From a virus, in IMG/VR virus record IMGVR_UViG_3300033153_008400, positions 58,744-122,743 of that record: a DNA stretch of 64,000 bases, one strand, 5' to 3'. Of this stretch, positions 39,095 to 49,570 are shown piece by piece. Position 1 is the stretch's first letter. Every line of letters starts with the position of its first letter. The position numbers and the translations under genes were made by a program. Below the pieces are notes generated by a model. The model saw only the letters and a list, made by a program, of their open reading frames with translations. It searched no databases and was not told where the DNA came from.

Positions 39095-40107
39095 GATATT
39101 GTCTCCTCAGGGGAATTGATTTCCTTAAGTATCATATCTACATGATACTTATAGAAATCTTTATCGTTAATAATCTTTTCTTTAAATTCAGTAATATTAT
39201 GCTTTACACCATTTACTGTAATTACCTCTAAGCGAGTTCTAGCTAGTCCATATTGTTTTAAAAGCTCAATGATCTCTCCTATTTTATCAATACCTACTCC
39301 ATAAATAATCTCGAAACTGGCTAATTTAAATGGAGGTGCCATTTTATTTTTAGTTACTTTGATCTTGGTAATATTACCATAGACCTGTTCACCTTCTTTA
39401 GCAAGTTTTTTACTTACTTCAATTCTACAATCAGTATAATATTTTAGAGCATGTCCACCTTGAGTAACAGTAGGATTTCCAAACATAAGACCTATTTTTT
39501 CTCTATATTGAGAAATTGAGATAACACATACATTGTGCTTTGCTAAGGCTGTTTTAAGTTTAGGGTATGCACTACTATTCAATTTGGCTTTGTGTCCAAT
39601 GGCGCTATCTCCTATGTCCCCATCGACTGTCTTTTTGGGCATAAGAGATGAGTCAGTGTCTATAATAATTAAATCTATCTCATCTGATTTGATCATTTCA
39701 AGTGCTATATTAAATCCTTCTTCTCCAGACGATGGTTGAGAAAGTAACATAGTTTCTGTATTTACTCCTAATTGTCCGAAGTATTTTTTATCTACGGCGT
39801 GCTCACCATCAATATATAATACTTTATCTCCCTGCCTTTGACATTCAGCAGTAATATGTCCACAAATAGTAGATTTTCCTGTTCCTTCCCATCCCATGAG
39901 TTCATAGAGTTTACCTTTAGCAACTCCTCCAATTCCTAGTGCTATATAATCAAAAGCAATGGATCCAGTACTATATACCTCTAAATCAGAACGGGGTTTT
40001 GATTCTAAGGTTAGTATAGTACCTTTTCCATATTTGCCTTCGAGCTTCGCCATTGCCTTTTGAAGTTCTGTTAACTTAGTAGCAGACTTAGTTTCCTTAC
40101 TCTTCAT
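39091..40107 (-). CDS. recA: RecA/UvsX recombinase
   Basis: STGS..FD.ALG.GG, G.EGTGKST, YIDGEH, QYREKIG.MFGNP....GG.ALKYY, KNKMAPPF. Confidence 0.97.
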   Translation of the reverse strand: MKSKETKSATKLTELQKAMAKLEGKYGKGTILTLESKPRSDLEVYSTGSIAFDYIALGIGGVAKGKLYELMGWEGTGKSTICGHITAECQRQGDKVLYIDGEHAVDKKYFGQLGVNTETMLLSQPSSGEEGFNIALEMIKSDEIDLIIIDTDSSLMPKKTVDGDIGDSAIGHKAKLNSSAYPKLKTALAKHNVCVISISQYREKIGLMFGNPTVTQGGHALKYYTDCRIEVSKKLAKEGEQVYGNITKIKVTKNKMAPPFKLASFEIIYGVGIDKIGEIIELLKQYGLARTRLEVITVNGVKHNITEFKEKIINDKDFYKYHVDMILKEINSPEETIS

Positions 40108-40459
40108 CGGTAGCGAGCTTTTGTTCTAATAGTGGGAATGCAGAAATTACACCTTCTGTTTCAGCTAATATCCTTGTAGGATGATAATCACCTAAAGTTT
40201 GATTAACCAAAGTAGAAAATTCTTCATCATCATTCATTACTGGGAGAATATATATTTGAGCTTCATCAAAAAAATCAAAGAGACTTCTAGGATTTATCTC
40301 AAGAATAGGTGCCAACTTTTCTACAGAAATTTCAGATTGAATAAAATGTTCTTGCCATTCTTTATTTTTACTGTCTATAACAGCTTTTCTCATTCTTTCT
40401 GTGAACCAAACCTGTAAAGCTTTGGTTACTAACTTATTTTCATTTAATAATTCTATCAT
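40097..40459 (-). CDS. Hypothetical protein
   Basis: Overlapping ORF in the operon. Confidence 0.55.
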   Translation of the reverse strand: MIELLNENKLVTKALQVWFTERMRKAVIDSKNKEWQEHFIQSEISVEKLAPILEINPRSLFDFFDEAQIYILPVMNDDEEFSTLVNQTLGDYHPTRILAETEGVISAFPLLEQKLATDEE

Positions 40460-40989
40460 AATCTTAAAGTTTCAGTATTAATATTATACACTGGCCAAAC
40501 TTCTTGACCATTTGGTATTTCACTACCTGTCTGTCTTTTCCAATATTCTTTAAGAACACTGGATCGATAAAATATCAGATTTTGAAATGATTTTTCCTTA
40601 GAAGGAATTCCTCCTACGTTAATAGTGATCTCTTCTTTAAATAATTTCTGAAATGCATTAGAAGTTTCTGAGTATTTTCCTCTTCTGACTAAATCAAAAT
40701 CTGTTTTATATGCAGGGTTTAAAGTATACACAAGCACTACATGTCCTTCTTCATAATCATAATCATCACAGATAACTCCTTTTTCATACTCTTTTTCTAC
40801 AAATGCTGTAAAATTATTCCAATTGGTTGGTTTAAATAAGATGTATACTGCGTCTTGATATTGTTCAAAACGCAGACCATCTATGGAATAACTATTAATA
40901 TAATTATGTTCTTTTAAAACTGTTAAAGGAATCCCTAATGTGGGAGTCATAAATATACTAGTTGTTGTCTTTTTTTCGCTAAGCATCAT
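40456..40989 (-). CDS. Hypothetical protein
   Basis: Overlapping ORF in the operon. Confidence 0.6.
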   Translation of the reverse strand: MMLSEKKTTTSIFMTPTLGIPLTVLKEHNYINSYSIDGLRFEQYQDAVYILFKPTNWNNFTAFVEKEYEKGVICDDYDYEEGHVVLVYTLNPAYKTDFDLVRRGKYSETSNAFQKLFKEEITINVGGIPSKEKSFQNLIFYRSSVLKEYWKRQTGSEIPNGQEVWPVYNINTETLRL

Positions 40990-42037
40990 ACCTTATGTTT
41001 AATACTCCTCCTGCTTCAGCAGCAGTCTTGGAGATATTCCAGCAATCATTATCAATTGCCCATTCTAAATCTTCTAAAATTTCTTTAACTCCTTTATAAA
41101 CTCTGTTTTTATATGTGAAACCTTCAAGAGCATCAGTCATATCTCTAAAATCTAAAGTATAAATAAGAGGACTAAAGTAATTGATACTGTCACAAACTAT
41201 AAATTTAGGGTATTCTACGCTATAATCCTTAAGTAAAGGATCATTATCTCTCATATGTTCACAAGCTTTAAAATAAAAGTAAGCCTGAATATATGTACGT
41301 CTGTATAAATAATACTCTCTGTAGAAATTTTCTACGCTCCATGTACATTTTAAATCATATACTTGAATAGACATTTTATTATGATCAATGATTATTCTAT
41401 CCATCATACTTTTAGCTTTATGTCCCAATACTTCATATTCATATATTATGTGTTGGTCGAAGACTGAGTATCGTGCATTGGTAACCTGGTTGACAATTCC
41501 TGAGGTGATAGCATTCTCTTTTAATTCAGTTACTATCTTTTCAGCATTATTTACATCATTAGGGTCCACTACCTGAAGATTATTACTTCTTACAGTACAG
41601 ATTTCTTCAAAATATACCATAGCATCAGATTCAGCAAATTTCTTAATTACTGCCTCTACTTTGAGTTTAAAACCACTTTCTTCATATGCTTCAGTTGCTA
41701 TCTCTTCAAAGGTAGCATCCACTACACCATTTTTATCAGTTTTAGCTACAGTTACTCTGTACATTGCTTCCACAAAATTCAACATCAATCCTGTTGGTAC
41801 ATTCACACAGGATGACATATAAAATTTATCATCAAATAGTTCAGGTTCCCATAATAGCAATTCTACTAATTGACCCATCATAATGGCTTGAGTATCTTTA
41901 TCTTTTACTTCTTCTTCCAATACATATTTTCTATAATATTTTTTTCTATCTATAGAAAAGTCTTTGACACTGGAACTACTATCCATTTTAACTTTTCGAT
42001 AGTCTTGTTCTGTTGTTGTTATTTTTTCTGTTGTCAT
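40979..42037 (-). CDS. PD-(D/E)xK exonuclease (RecE/Exo VIII-like)
   Basis: S.S..K, G...E..L, KS..D.I..D, YDLK.T, Y.Q..FY. Confidence 0.8.
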   Translation of the reverse strand: MTTEKITTTEQDYRKVKMDSSSSVKDFSIDRKKYYRKYVLEEEVKDKDTQAIMMGQLVELLLWEPELFDDKFYMSSCVNVPTGLMLNFVEAMYRVTVAKTDKNGVVDATFEEIATEAYEESGFKLKVEAVIKKFAESDAMVYFEEICTVRSNNLQVVDPNDVNNAEKIVTELKENAITSGIVNQVTNARYSVFDQHIIYEYEVLGHKAKSMMDRIIIDHNKMSIQVYDLKCTWSVENFYREYYLYRRTYIQAYFYFKACEHMRDNDPLLKDYSVEYPKFIVCDSINYFSPLIYTLDFRDMTDALEGFTYKNRVYKGVKEILEDLEWAIDNDCWNISKTAAEAGGVLNIRYDA

Positions 42038-42038
42038 A

Positions 42039-42281
42039 TTATTCTTGATTTAAATCTGGGTTCCATTTATATGAGTATAGATAATAATCTTCCATACCTA
42101 TTTTTGAAGTAAATAAAGCTGATTTTGCTTTAATCTTCACTTTGACTTGTACAGGGGTCAATGTCATTTTTCTTCCAGAATGCATAATAATAAGATTTTC
42201 TTTACTATCCATACATGCTTTACGGTCATATGATTTTACATCTACGCACCCTCTGTACAATTTTTTAACTGTTATAATCAT
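42039..42281 (-). CDS. Hypothetical protein
   Basis: ORF in the operon. Confidence 0.5.
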   Translation of the reverse strand: MIITVKKLYRGCVDVKSYDRKACMDSKENLIIMHSGRKMTLTPVQVKVKIKAKSALFTSKIGMEDYYLYSYKWNPDLNQE

Positions 42282-42290
42282 ATTTTAAAT

Positions 42291-42992
42291 TTAGAAGGGT
42301 ACATCTGTATTTAACCACATGATTGTATCCTTATTTTGTTCTTCTAACATTTCATCTACTCTTCTGAATGTATGCCCTGTATCCCATTTTCCATCAGGAG
42401 TTCCTGGGAGATCTTCGAGACATAATGTTCTCCATTTATTACTAATACCTGCTCTATAACCTTGAGCTAGGTCACCTATAAATATAATAGGTACATCTAA
42501 GCCATCTAATATTTTCATTACATGCTTAGTGAAAGGTTCCCATAAATTAGCATGAGTACCAAGTTCTTCTACTGTTAAAGCAGCATTTAACATCATTACT
42601 CCTTGATCCGTGAGATATTTTATACTTTCTTCTTGTATGTAATCTAACTTCAGACCATTGAATACTTCATCTTCAATACCTTTATAGAAATTTTTTAATT
42701 CATATGAAGCCTGACCTATACTGGTACAGTCTAAAAATAATCCGTTAGCCACGGTAACTTTGTCTAAATACCCATCGTAGGGATTGCCTCCCAAAATCAC
42801 CACATTGATCTTCTCCAAAGGGATCTCAAATGCCTTAAAGGTATTATATGATACAGGCATAATTCTTTCTCCTTCTTTCGCTCTACTTTTTAAAAGAGCA
42901 AATATCTCATCACATGTTTCACTTTCTATAAAAGGTCGCATATGACTATGCCAACTCTTGTGAAATTTTCTTTCAAATGAAAACCATTTCAT
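42291..42992 (-). CDS. Family-1 uracil-DNA glycosylase homologue with altered catalytic motifs
   Basis: VVILGGNPY (canonical GQDPY), ANGL.L, L.N.YK, QGVMMLN.ALTV, H...W..FT; the HPSP motif is absent. Confidence 0.85.
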   Translation of the reverse strand: MKWFSFERKFHKSWHSHMRPFIESETCDEIFALLKSRAKEGERIMPVSYNTFKAFEIPLEKINVVILGGNPYDGYLDKVTVANGLFLDCTSIGQASYELKNFYKGIEDEVFNGLKLDYIQEESIKYLTDQGVMMLNAALTVEELGTHANLWEPFTKHVMKILDGLDVPIIFIGDLAQGYRAGISNKWRTLCLEDLPGTPDGKWDTGHTFRRVDEMLEEQNKDTIMWLNTDVPF

Positions 42993-43162
42993 ACTTTCTC
43001 TTTTTTATCTCCAACATTACAATGTGCTTTACAATCAGGACACCAATTATCTTGTTCATCATCTGTTTGAGAACAAGCTAAACCATGTACAATTTTTGTA
43101 TTTATTTCTACCCATGTTACAGTTTGGACTTTATTACATCCACATTTATCACATACTATCAT
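42989..43162 (-). CDS. Small zinc-ribbon protein (57 aa, not in the ORF track)
   Basis: MIVCDKCG...WCPDC; ATGA overlaps with both neighbours. Confidence 0.7.
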   Translation of the reverse strand: MIVCDKCGCNKVQTVTWVEINTKIVHGLACSQTDDEQDNWCPDCKAHCNVGDKKEKV

Positions 43163-44166
43163 ACTATTATTCCTTTATTAATTAAATATTTTTCTACTAA
43201 ATCTAAATCATATACTCGGGCCAAGTCAGCCCAATCTTTGATATGTTGTGCTAAATACTGTTTAGGTACATTGCAATAATCAAAACCATATAATTCGGTT
43301 ATCTGCAGACTATTTTTTACACCAGCCACATCACTATCAAAAGACAATGTCTGCCTGGCTGAATTCTCCTTTAAAAACTGAACGTTCTCTGGAGTAAAGC
43401 ATGCAGTTCCTTCATATTGTACTGCACAAGTATAAGGGTATATCTTTTTGATAACCATGTAATCTTTTTTGCTCTTATTTATAAAAGCATTCTCGCAACC
43501 TATGATATCTTTCTTACCATCCATTACATCTATAGGTACGTTGTTAGGTATCCATTTTTGTCTACGAGGGACAAAAGGTCTGTAAATTTTCCAATGACCA
43601 CTATAGAAATACCCAAAGCGCAATTCAGTAGGTTTTAGTGAAAAAAGCTTTTTATTAAGATACAGTTTATCTATAGAATAAATATGCTCTCTCTTTAAAT
43701 CACTTAAATCTTGATAAAACATGCTCCAGTACTCCAGCTCTTCTCTGGTGAAAGCTCGAGTAGCAGCTTGGATAAGAGAGTATCTTTTACCTTTTTCCTC
43801 AGGTTGTTTATACTCTTTCGTAATAATTTTACGTTTTTCCGTAAGCTCTCCTTTATCTATACCTAATCTAAAATCTTTATCTATCATCTTGAGAAGCTCA
43901 TCCATTGATTGAATGTTATAAAGCTTCTTTACGAATGTGAAACAGTCTCCTTTTAACTCATCATCGGCGAAATCAATAAATCCTAATCGACCTGCTCTGT
44001 TTCCTATCAAAAATGATGCATGTACATCTTTTCTGAAAGGAGAATGAGTAATTGTATTAACGCTCCAATTATTATTGGGCATGTAGTACTTAAAGATATC
44101 ATATTCTGTAATTCTGGATAAGATAGTTTCTACACAGAGGTCTAGTCTCTTTTTACCCTTAATCAT
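43159..44166 (-). CDS. DNA primase (DnaG/TOPRIM type)
   Basis: SPFR.D...SF, DF....GD.F.FV, SFDSD.AG, KD..D. Start at 44166 preferred because the ATG at 44190 lies in a terminator stem. Confidence 0.8.
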   Translation of the reverse strand: MIKGKKRLDLCVETILSRITEYDIFKYYMPNNNWSVNTITHSPFRKDVHASFLIGNRAGRLGFIDFADDELKGDCFTFVKKLYNIQSMDELLKMIDKDFRLGIDKGELTEKRKIITKEYKQPEEKGKRYSLIQAATRAFTREELEYWSMFYQDLSDLKREHIYSIDKLYLNKKLFSLKPTELRFGYFYSGHWKIYRPFVPRRQKWIPNNVPIDVMDGKKDIIGCENAFINKSKKDYMVIKKIYPYTCAVQYEGTACFTPENVQFLKENSARQTLSFDSDVAGVKNSLQITELYGFDYCNVPKQYLAQHIKDWADLARVYDLDLVEKYLINKGIIV

Positions 44167-44175
44167 CTTTAAGAA

Positions 44176-44210
44176 TTTAAAACTCTCCATCGGTTACCCA
44201 ATGGAGAGAA
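44176..44210 (-). terminator. Intrinsic terminator after the SSB-like gene
   Basis: Minus strand reads CTCTCCATTGG-gtaa-CCGATGGAGAG followed by TTTT. Confidence 0.7.
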
Positions 44211-44216
44211 TTAATG

Positions 44217-45098
44217 TTAGTAACTAGAATCAGTGTCATGTGTTCCTTCACCTCCTACAGCTTCATCGGAAGATACCAAATGATCAGCAGGATTGTAATC
44301 TGCTAAGGGATGAAAAGAATAAATGTCTTTACAGCCATACTCTCCTATGACATTTTTAACGAAACGTTCATGAGGTTTAAGGTCCTTATTAGGTTTAGCT
44401 TCAATTCTACCTTTGATTTCAGGATCAGAGAAATCGATTAAATTAAAATGACGCATGCTATAAGCAGGAAGGAATCCTTTATTGTAGATACCTTGATACT
44501 CTTTAGTATCTTCGTCTTCTCCTTTAATGATTACAGTAGCCATTGCTATAAAATCTACAGCATATTCTCCTCCAATCAAATCTCTTAAGTCTTGAACTTT
44601 ACCTTTCATAAGGTCTTTCCAGCTTAATTGTAGCTCAGTATCATCTTCGCGATAATCCAAACCACCTAACCAAGATCTTAATAATCCATAAAAATCTTCT
44701 TCTCCTGAGTAAGCATTTCTATACTCACGCTTAGCAAACCAAGATGGAAGATTTTCTTCGTTTTCTCCCCAAGAACAAATACCAATATTATTGATATATT
44801 GTTGTTTGGTTTCATCTTTGTTCATTCTGTTTTTGTCTTCTAAGAAGAAAGAAACTTTAAATGGTTTAACCTCTTCGTCTGTGGCCTGTAACCAAAAATC
44901 AACTCTAAGATAATTGTTTCCATCATTACTCTCACCTAAATAGATAGCAGCTTTGCTTTCTTCTTTAAGTTCGATACCAAGTACATCTTTGTACTCTTCT
45001 GTTGAAGGGTTGATGGCAATCACTCCAACTTCAACCATACCAATTCTTTTTACATACTCTTCAGTTTGTTCTCTTTTTTTTCCTTTAATTGTACTCAT
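44217..45098 (-). CDS. Putative single-stranded DNA-binding protein
   Basis: Between the AAA ATPase and primase; acidic C-terminal tail ending in an aromatic residue; own terminator. Confidence 0.5.
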   Translation of the reverse strand: MSTIKGKKREQTEEYVKRIGMVEVGVIAINPSTEEYKDVLGIELKEESKAAIYLGESNDGNNYLRVDFWLQATDEEVKPFKVSFFLEDKNRMNKDETKQQYINNIGICSWGENEENLPSWFAKREYRNAYSGEEDFYGLLRSWLGGLDYREDDTELQLSWKDLMKGKVQDLRDLIGGEYAVDFIAMATVIIKGEDEDTKEYQGIYNKGFLPAYSMRHFNLIDFSDPEIKGRIEAKPNKDLKPHERFVKNVIGEYGCKDIYSFHPLADYNPADHLVSSDEAVGGEGTHDTDSSY

Positions 45099-45146
45099 AA
45101 TTTAACTTTAGTTTAATTTATATTATATTTATTAATCACTGAATTC

Positions 45147-46013
45147 TTAATCTTTAAAAATGGTATGCCAATGAAAAACCAAGTCTTTACCAACTTTTTC
45201 ACTTAATAACATTTTACCTTCTAATGCAGAAGATCTACTTCCTGCTATAATTGAGTCATTTTGGACCTCAAAGTTAATCCATCTTTTGTCACCATCAGCA
45301 ATTAATTTGCCTAAAGCTGTGACTTTTGATGAGAAAATTCTTTTAAGTTTACCTGTCAAGGCAATTTCATTACCAATGACTTCTTCTTTACCATCATCTT
45401 TGATGTATTTGTCTACAATATGTGCTGCATATACCCTATAAGGACTGATTTGTCTGAACATAGATATTTGATTCATGAACCAATCTCGCGTATGCTTATA
45501 CCCTGCACCGTCAGGTAAGGATATAACTTCTTTCCAGTCGGGATGTCCCACGGGAAGTTTCTTTCCTCCAGGAATATTACCTGCTCTATTGAACTTCTTT
45601 CCTATTGTAGTATCCATATAGGCTAAGGTTCCTCCTATTACAGAGAACATATCTAAATCAGATAAACCATCCACAATGAGATATTTATATTTTCCTGGTT
45701 CAGAAAGCAATGCATTCCTCCATTTTATATATGCTAAGAATGCATCATAATCATTAGATAAATCAGTTTCATATACACTGATCTTTCTAGCATCGATATA
45801 TTCATAGCCACCTTTTTCTAAATCCAATGCAATTGCATTGTGTGTTCTTGTAAGGGCGCCAAGTATGGTACCTTTACCAATTTTAGGAATTCCTACCAGA
45901 ACTAAGTCTCTAGGATCCGTTCCTGTTGCTTTTGTAATCTCATCAGGTAACTTAAACTCTACTTTCTTAATTTTTATTGTTGTTGCTTCCGTTGTTGTTA
46001 TTGCTTCTGACAT
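45147..46013 (-). CDS. AAA_24/Sak4-like ATPase
   Basis: G.PKIGK.T, LDLE.G, LIVD. Confidence 0.75.
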   Translation of the reverse strand: MSEAITTTEATTIKIKKVEFKLPDEITKATGTDPRDLVLVGIPKIGKGTILGALTRTHNAIALDLEKGGYEYIDARKISVYETDLSNDYDAFLAYIKWRNALLSEPGKYKYLIVDGLSDLDMFSVIGGTLAYMDTTIGKKFNRAGNIPGGKKLPVGHPDWKEVISLPDGAGYKHTRDWFMNQISMFRQISPYRVYAAHIVDKYIKDDGKEEVIGNEIALTGKLKRIFSSKVTALGKLIADGDKRWINFEVQNDSIIAGSRSSALEGKMLLSEKVGKDLVFHWHTIFKD

Positions 46014-46017
46014 GTTT

Positions 46018-47121
46018 TTAATTTTTATTTAAATATATTATTTTGTTCTTATCGAAAAATTCTAACGCTTTTTTCAACCAATTGAGTTCAATCTTATCAT
46101 CAGATGTTAGAATCAATATTTCTGCTCTTTTTTCAGGATTATCATATTCCATACTCATCGCTCTATTGATCTTTTGTGCTAATCGCTCAGCATTACTATC
46201 AAATGAGTTAATTAAGATTCTATTCAATTTCTTATAAGTAACTCCACTTCCACCAATTTTGACTACAGCCATTTGGTTTACTTTTCCACTGACAAAATCC
46301 AGGAAGAGTTCTTTATCTGTACTCTTTCCATGGTGTGTTGGAATACCTAATGATTCAGCGACAGCTACGAGACCACAAAATACTAAGATACGTGCGCCAT
46401 TAGCATCTCTAAGGACCTGTTTGGTTGCCTTAATTTTAGAGATGCTGTTCTGGAAGATTCTGGTGCGCTGTAATCTCATGAAGTTTGCATTTCTTCGTTC
46501 TCTGTCCATCTTATTGATAACCCATGTTATTGCTCTAGCCTGACTTTTATCTGTTCTATCTCGTTTATTATAATTCCCTGTAATTTCATTATCTAAGGGA
46601 ACATATAAAATCTCAATATGATAGTCTGGAACAATCTTATCTTCAATAGCTTCTGCTAAAGTATATTCAGCAATAACTCTTAAGCCTAATTCTTTATAAA
46701 CAATCTTTTCAGTTTTCTCCATCAGGGTACCTGTAAGAGCTAATACTTCACGATTGATCATAAACAACCTTTCACATGCTACACGCTGAGCAGGGCTCAG
46801 TAAATGTATCTCATCAATGATTACAAGACCAAACTTCTTATCCATATGTTTTTTAATAGACATATGGGTAGTATAGGTCACATTGCTGTCGTCGAATTTT
46901 CTAATTTCAAAATCATCTTTCCATGATTGCTTGATTACTCTATCTGGATATGCTATCAATACCTCAATATCCTTAGGTAATTGATTCATAATATTGATAG
47001 AGGTATAAATTTTACCAAATCTTGGCGTCAATAACAGGATACCCCATCTTTTAGCTAACCACATGTTAGCAAACTTACTCTGCAGTTCGTTCCTTCGTTC
47101 TATGTTAATAGTTTGATCCAT
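46018..47121 (-). CDS. Superfamily 2 helicase
   Basis: PRFGK, IIDEIH, LTGT, Q...R. Confidence 0.85.
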   Translation of the reverse strand: MDQTINIERRNELQSKFANMWLAKRWGILLLTPRFGKIYTSINIMNQLPKDIEVLIAYPDRVIKQSWKDDFEIRKFDDSNVTYTTHMSIKKHMDKKFGLVIIDEIHLLSPAQRVACERLFMINREVLALTGTLMEKTEKIVYKELGLRVIAEYTLAEAIEDKIVPDYHIEILYVPLDNEITGNYNKRDRTDKSQARAITWVINKMDRERRNANFMRLQRTRIFQNSISKIKATKQVLRDANGARILVFCGLVAVAESLGIPTHHGKSTDKELFLDFVSGKVNQMAVVKIGGSGVTYKKLNRILINSFDSNAERLAQKINRAMSMEYDNPEKRAEILILTSDDKIELNWLKKALEFFDKNKIIYLNKN

Positions 47122-47122
47122 A

Positions 47123-47293
47123 TCAAAATAATGTATTTAGTATATGTTTAAATACTTGCATACTTGTTAATTCTGGATGATTCCAACTATAACTTAGGTG
47201 CCATATTGTATATCCTATTGATGTTGCAGTTACTATAATATAAAGTATAATAGCACTCCAAAATTTTATCTTTTCTTTAATAATTTGATCCAT
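47123..47293 (-). CDS. Small membrane protein (56 aa, not in the ORF track)
   Basis: MDQIIKEKIKFWSAIILYIIVTATSIGYTIW...; fills the intergenic gap. Confidence 0.55.
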   Translation of the reverse strand: MDQIIKEKIKFWSAIILYIIVTATSIGYTIWHLSYSWNHPELTSMQVFKHILNTLF

Positions 47294-48365
47294 AATCGTC
47301 GTCTTCGTTCATAAAAAAGTCTTTCTTTACCACACTATCATAATCTGCATCAGTCATTTCTCTTCTCCTTGGGAGCTCCTTAAAGAGCCCTACCTGTCCG
47401 AGAAACCCTAATCCAATACGAATATCATCTTCACCATAACTGTTCTTAATCAATCTTAAGCTTCTAAAATACTTAGCTCCCCATTGGTCTTTGAGTCTAC
47501 TAAGGTCATAACCACTAGGGTCCTCAACCTTGTATCTCATAGGATCAAAGAGTGCAAGTACTACATCAGCATCATCTTGAGTATTAGAACTATCTTTAAA
47601 ATCTTCTAGTTGAGGTTCTACATCTCCACTACGTATTCTATTGATGTTTGCTATTTCTCTATTAAACTGAGAAACTACAACAGGTGTATATCCATAAAAA
47701 TCTCTGACATGTCTTAATTCATCTGACATCTTATCAATTCTGGATTTCTTAGTGACATATTCTTTAGTAGGTTTCAATAAACCTATATGGTCAATAACAA
47801 CAATTGTTACTACGCTAGGATCATTGGGTATATATCTCTTATGATATTTGTCTACTACTTCAATAGTGCCGTGTTTCATCGCGTGCTCTTTAAGTTGAGC
47901 TGCAATACCAATAGGGTTTTCAGTACCATCAATGATGTGTACAATTTTGCTTAGGGCATCTATATACTCTTTATAAGATAAGAACAATTTATAGTCATCA
48001 TCTGATAACCGACCTGTCCATCCTAAGAGTCTACCCAATGGTATTAGTCTCCCAGTATCCAGAAATATTTTTCTGCATACCCATTTACCTAGTTTATAAT
48101 TCCTGCTTCGTTCCATCGAACGATAAATTATATGTATCTTTTGTTTTTTATCATTATATAATGATTGTACCCAATCTACAGGATTGAGAACGAAAGCATC
48201 ATCTATTAAACTAGTCTTTCCACTACCAGTAAGTCCTCCAACGAGGAAATACATTTTCTTACGTAGGCCTATGTAATGATTAAGTCTATCAAAGCCCATA
48301 GGGATTCCCCTATTCTTGCCTTCCCGACCATCATCTACATCTCCTTTTAAGTTCGTAAAATTCAT
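47277..48365 (-). CDS. dnaB: DnaB-like replicative helicase
   Basis: GLTGSGKT, SME, VIDHIGL, VSQFNR, D.KDS....DADVV. Confidence 0.9.
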   Translation of the reverse strand: MNFTNLKGDVDDGREGKNRGIPMGFDRLNHYIGLRKKMYFLVGGLTGSGKTSLIDDAFVLNPVDWVQSLYNDKKQKIHIIYRSMERSRNYKLGKWVCRKIFLDTGRLIPLGRLLGWTGRLSDDDYKLFLSYKEYIDALSKIVHIIDGTENPIGIAAQLKEHAMKHGTIEVVDKYHKRYIPNDPSVVTIVVIDHIGLLKPTKEYVTKKSRIDKMSDELRHVRDFYGYTPVVVSQFNREIANINRIRSGDVEPQLEDFKDSSNTQDDADVVLALFDPMRYKVEDPSGYDLSRLKDQWGAKYFRSLRLIKNSYGEDDIRIGLGFLGQVGLFKELPRRREMTDADYDSVVKKDFFMNEDDDYGSNY

Positions 48366-48989
48366 TTATACATCTATTTCTTTACCACGCTTAGAATTCT
48401 CTATATTTTCACCACTTTGTATGAGCTCTATATAAGGTTCAAAACTTCTTTGATTTAAATAAGTAAGACTATTTTGCATGTATGTTAAATTATTTTCTCT
48501 CTTCTTTAGAGAGATTTCTTTCTTTTGTTTAACATTAAGTAACATGGCGTCAATTAACATTTGTCCTGTATATTCTCCTTCATTGAGAATCGCATCAAAT
48601 TTATCTTTGCATTTTTGCCTATTAACACGTATAGTTCTACTACCTTTAAAGGTTCTACCTCCATAAGTGAAATTGTCTGTCCCAGGATAAGCTTTCCACC
48701 ATAGATCAAATAATTCTATAGGATTTTTCTTTTTAGCTAATACAGTGCCTTCTTCAGAGTTAGTAAATACTAAAATATTTTTACCTAAGATTGATATCTT
48801 ACCTTGTTCAGTAATTAAACCTTTTCTCATTAAACCTGCATAAATATTTTTAAGTCTCATACTCCCTGCAATTAATGATTTTAAGTCATAAAAGTCTTCT
48901 TCTAATAGGTTCAACATATAAATCATATCTAAGCTATATGCTTTTTTTGCTAATTCTAGGAAGTGATATGGTGTTATCTTTATTTTCAT
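48366..48989 (-). CDS. Putative replication initiator/helicase loader
   Basis: F..WW.AYP...TYLNQ..F pattern; directly upstream of DnaB. Confidence 0.55.
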   Translation of the reverse strand: MKIKITPYHFLELAKKAYSLDMIYMLNLLEEDFYDLKSLIAGSMRLKNIYAGLMRKGLITEQGKISILGKNILVFTNSEEGTVLAKKKNPIELFDLWWKAYPGTDNFTYGGRTFKGSRTIRVNRQKCKDKFDAILNEGEYTGQMLIDAMLLNVKQKKEISLKKRENNLTYMQNSLTYLNQRSFEPYIELIQSGENIENSKRGKEIDV

Positions 48990-49131
48990 TCTTTAATTTT
49001 TTAATAGGAATTTTAGCAATTACTTTAGCAGGTTGTAAATAATCAAAATATTCTTGTTCTAATAAATTAGCTCCTTCTTGAGTATATATCTGATCCGTTA
49101 ATGCTACTCTTTCCCAATCTTCATTTGTCAT
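48934..49131 (-). CDS. Hypothetical protein
   Basis: ORF in the operon. Confidence 0.45.
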   Translation of the reverse strand: MTNEDWERVALTDQIYTQEGANLLEQEYFDYLQPAKVIAKIPIKKLKNENKDNTISLPRISKKSI

Positions 49132-49133
49132 AT

Positions 49134-49406
49134 TTAATCTTTTAGTCTCAAGCCAAAATGTTCATAAAACCAATCAAATGTTTTTTGAGCTTTGGCCCTG
49201 TTAAATCTAAAAACTTTCTTTAATACAGGGATAGCATACTTTTCAAACTCCCCTCGCTGTTCTCTGGTTAATGTCCAGTTAAATCTCCATCTGTCATCAC
49301 TTACAGTATCAACCATGGTTTTACCTGCCATTTTAAATTGATACTCTAAGAGATGTTGCATTATATTAGCTCTTCTAGGCTTATCATATTTTTCACTTAA
49401 TTTCAT
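49134..49406 (-). CDS. Hypothetical protein
   Basis: ORF in the operon. Confidence 0.55.
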   Translation of the reverse strand: MKLSEKYDKPRRANIMQHLLEYQFKMAGKTMVDTVSDDRWRFNWTLTREQRGEFEKYAIPVLKKVFRFNRAKAQKTFDWFYEHFGLRLKD

Positions 49407-49570
49407 TTTTTATAAGGATTTTCATATTCACATTCTACTAACCATTTTTCATGTAATTCTGTATCAGTCATAATAGCTAACTCCTTTATAGGATTGAATA
49501 CTTTTAATATTCTTATTAATTCTTTCCTTTGATAAGAAGTCATAGTTGTTTCATGTTTATTTTGCTTCAT
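49403..49570 (-). CDS. Hypothetical protein
   Basis: Short ORF overlapping the end of polA. Confidence 0.4.
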   Translation of the reverse strand: MKQNKHETTMTSYQRKELIRILKVFNPIKELAIMTDTELHEKWLVECEYENPYKK

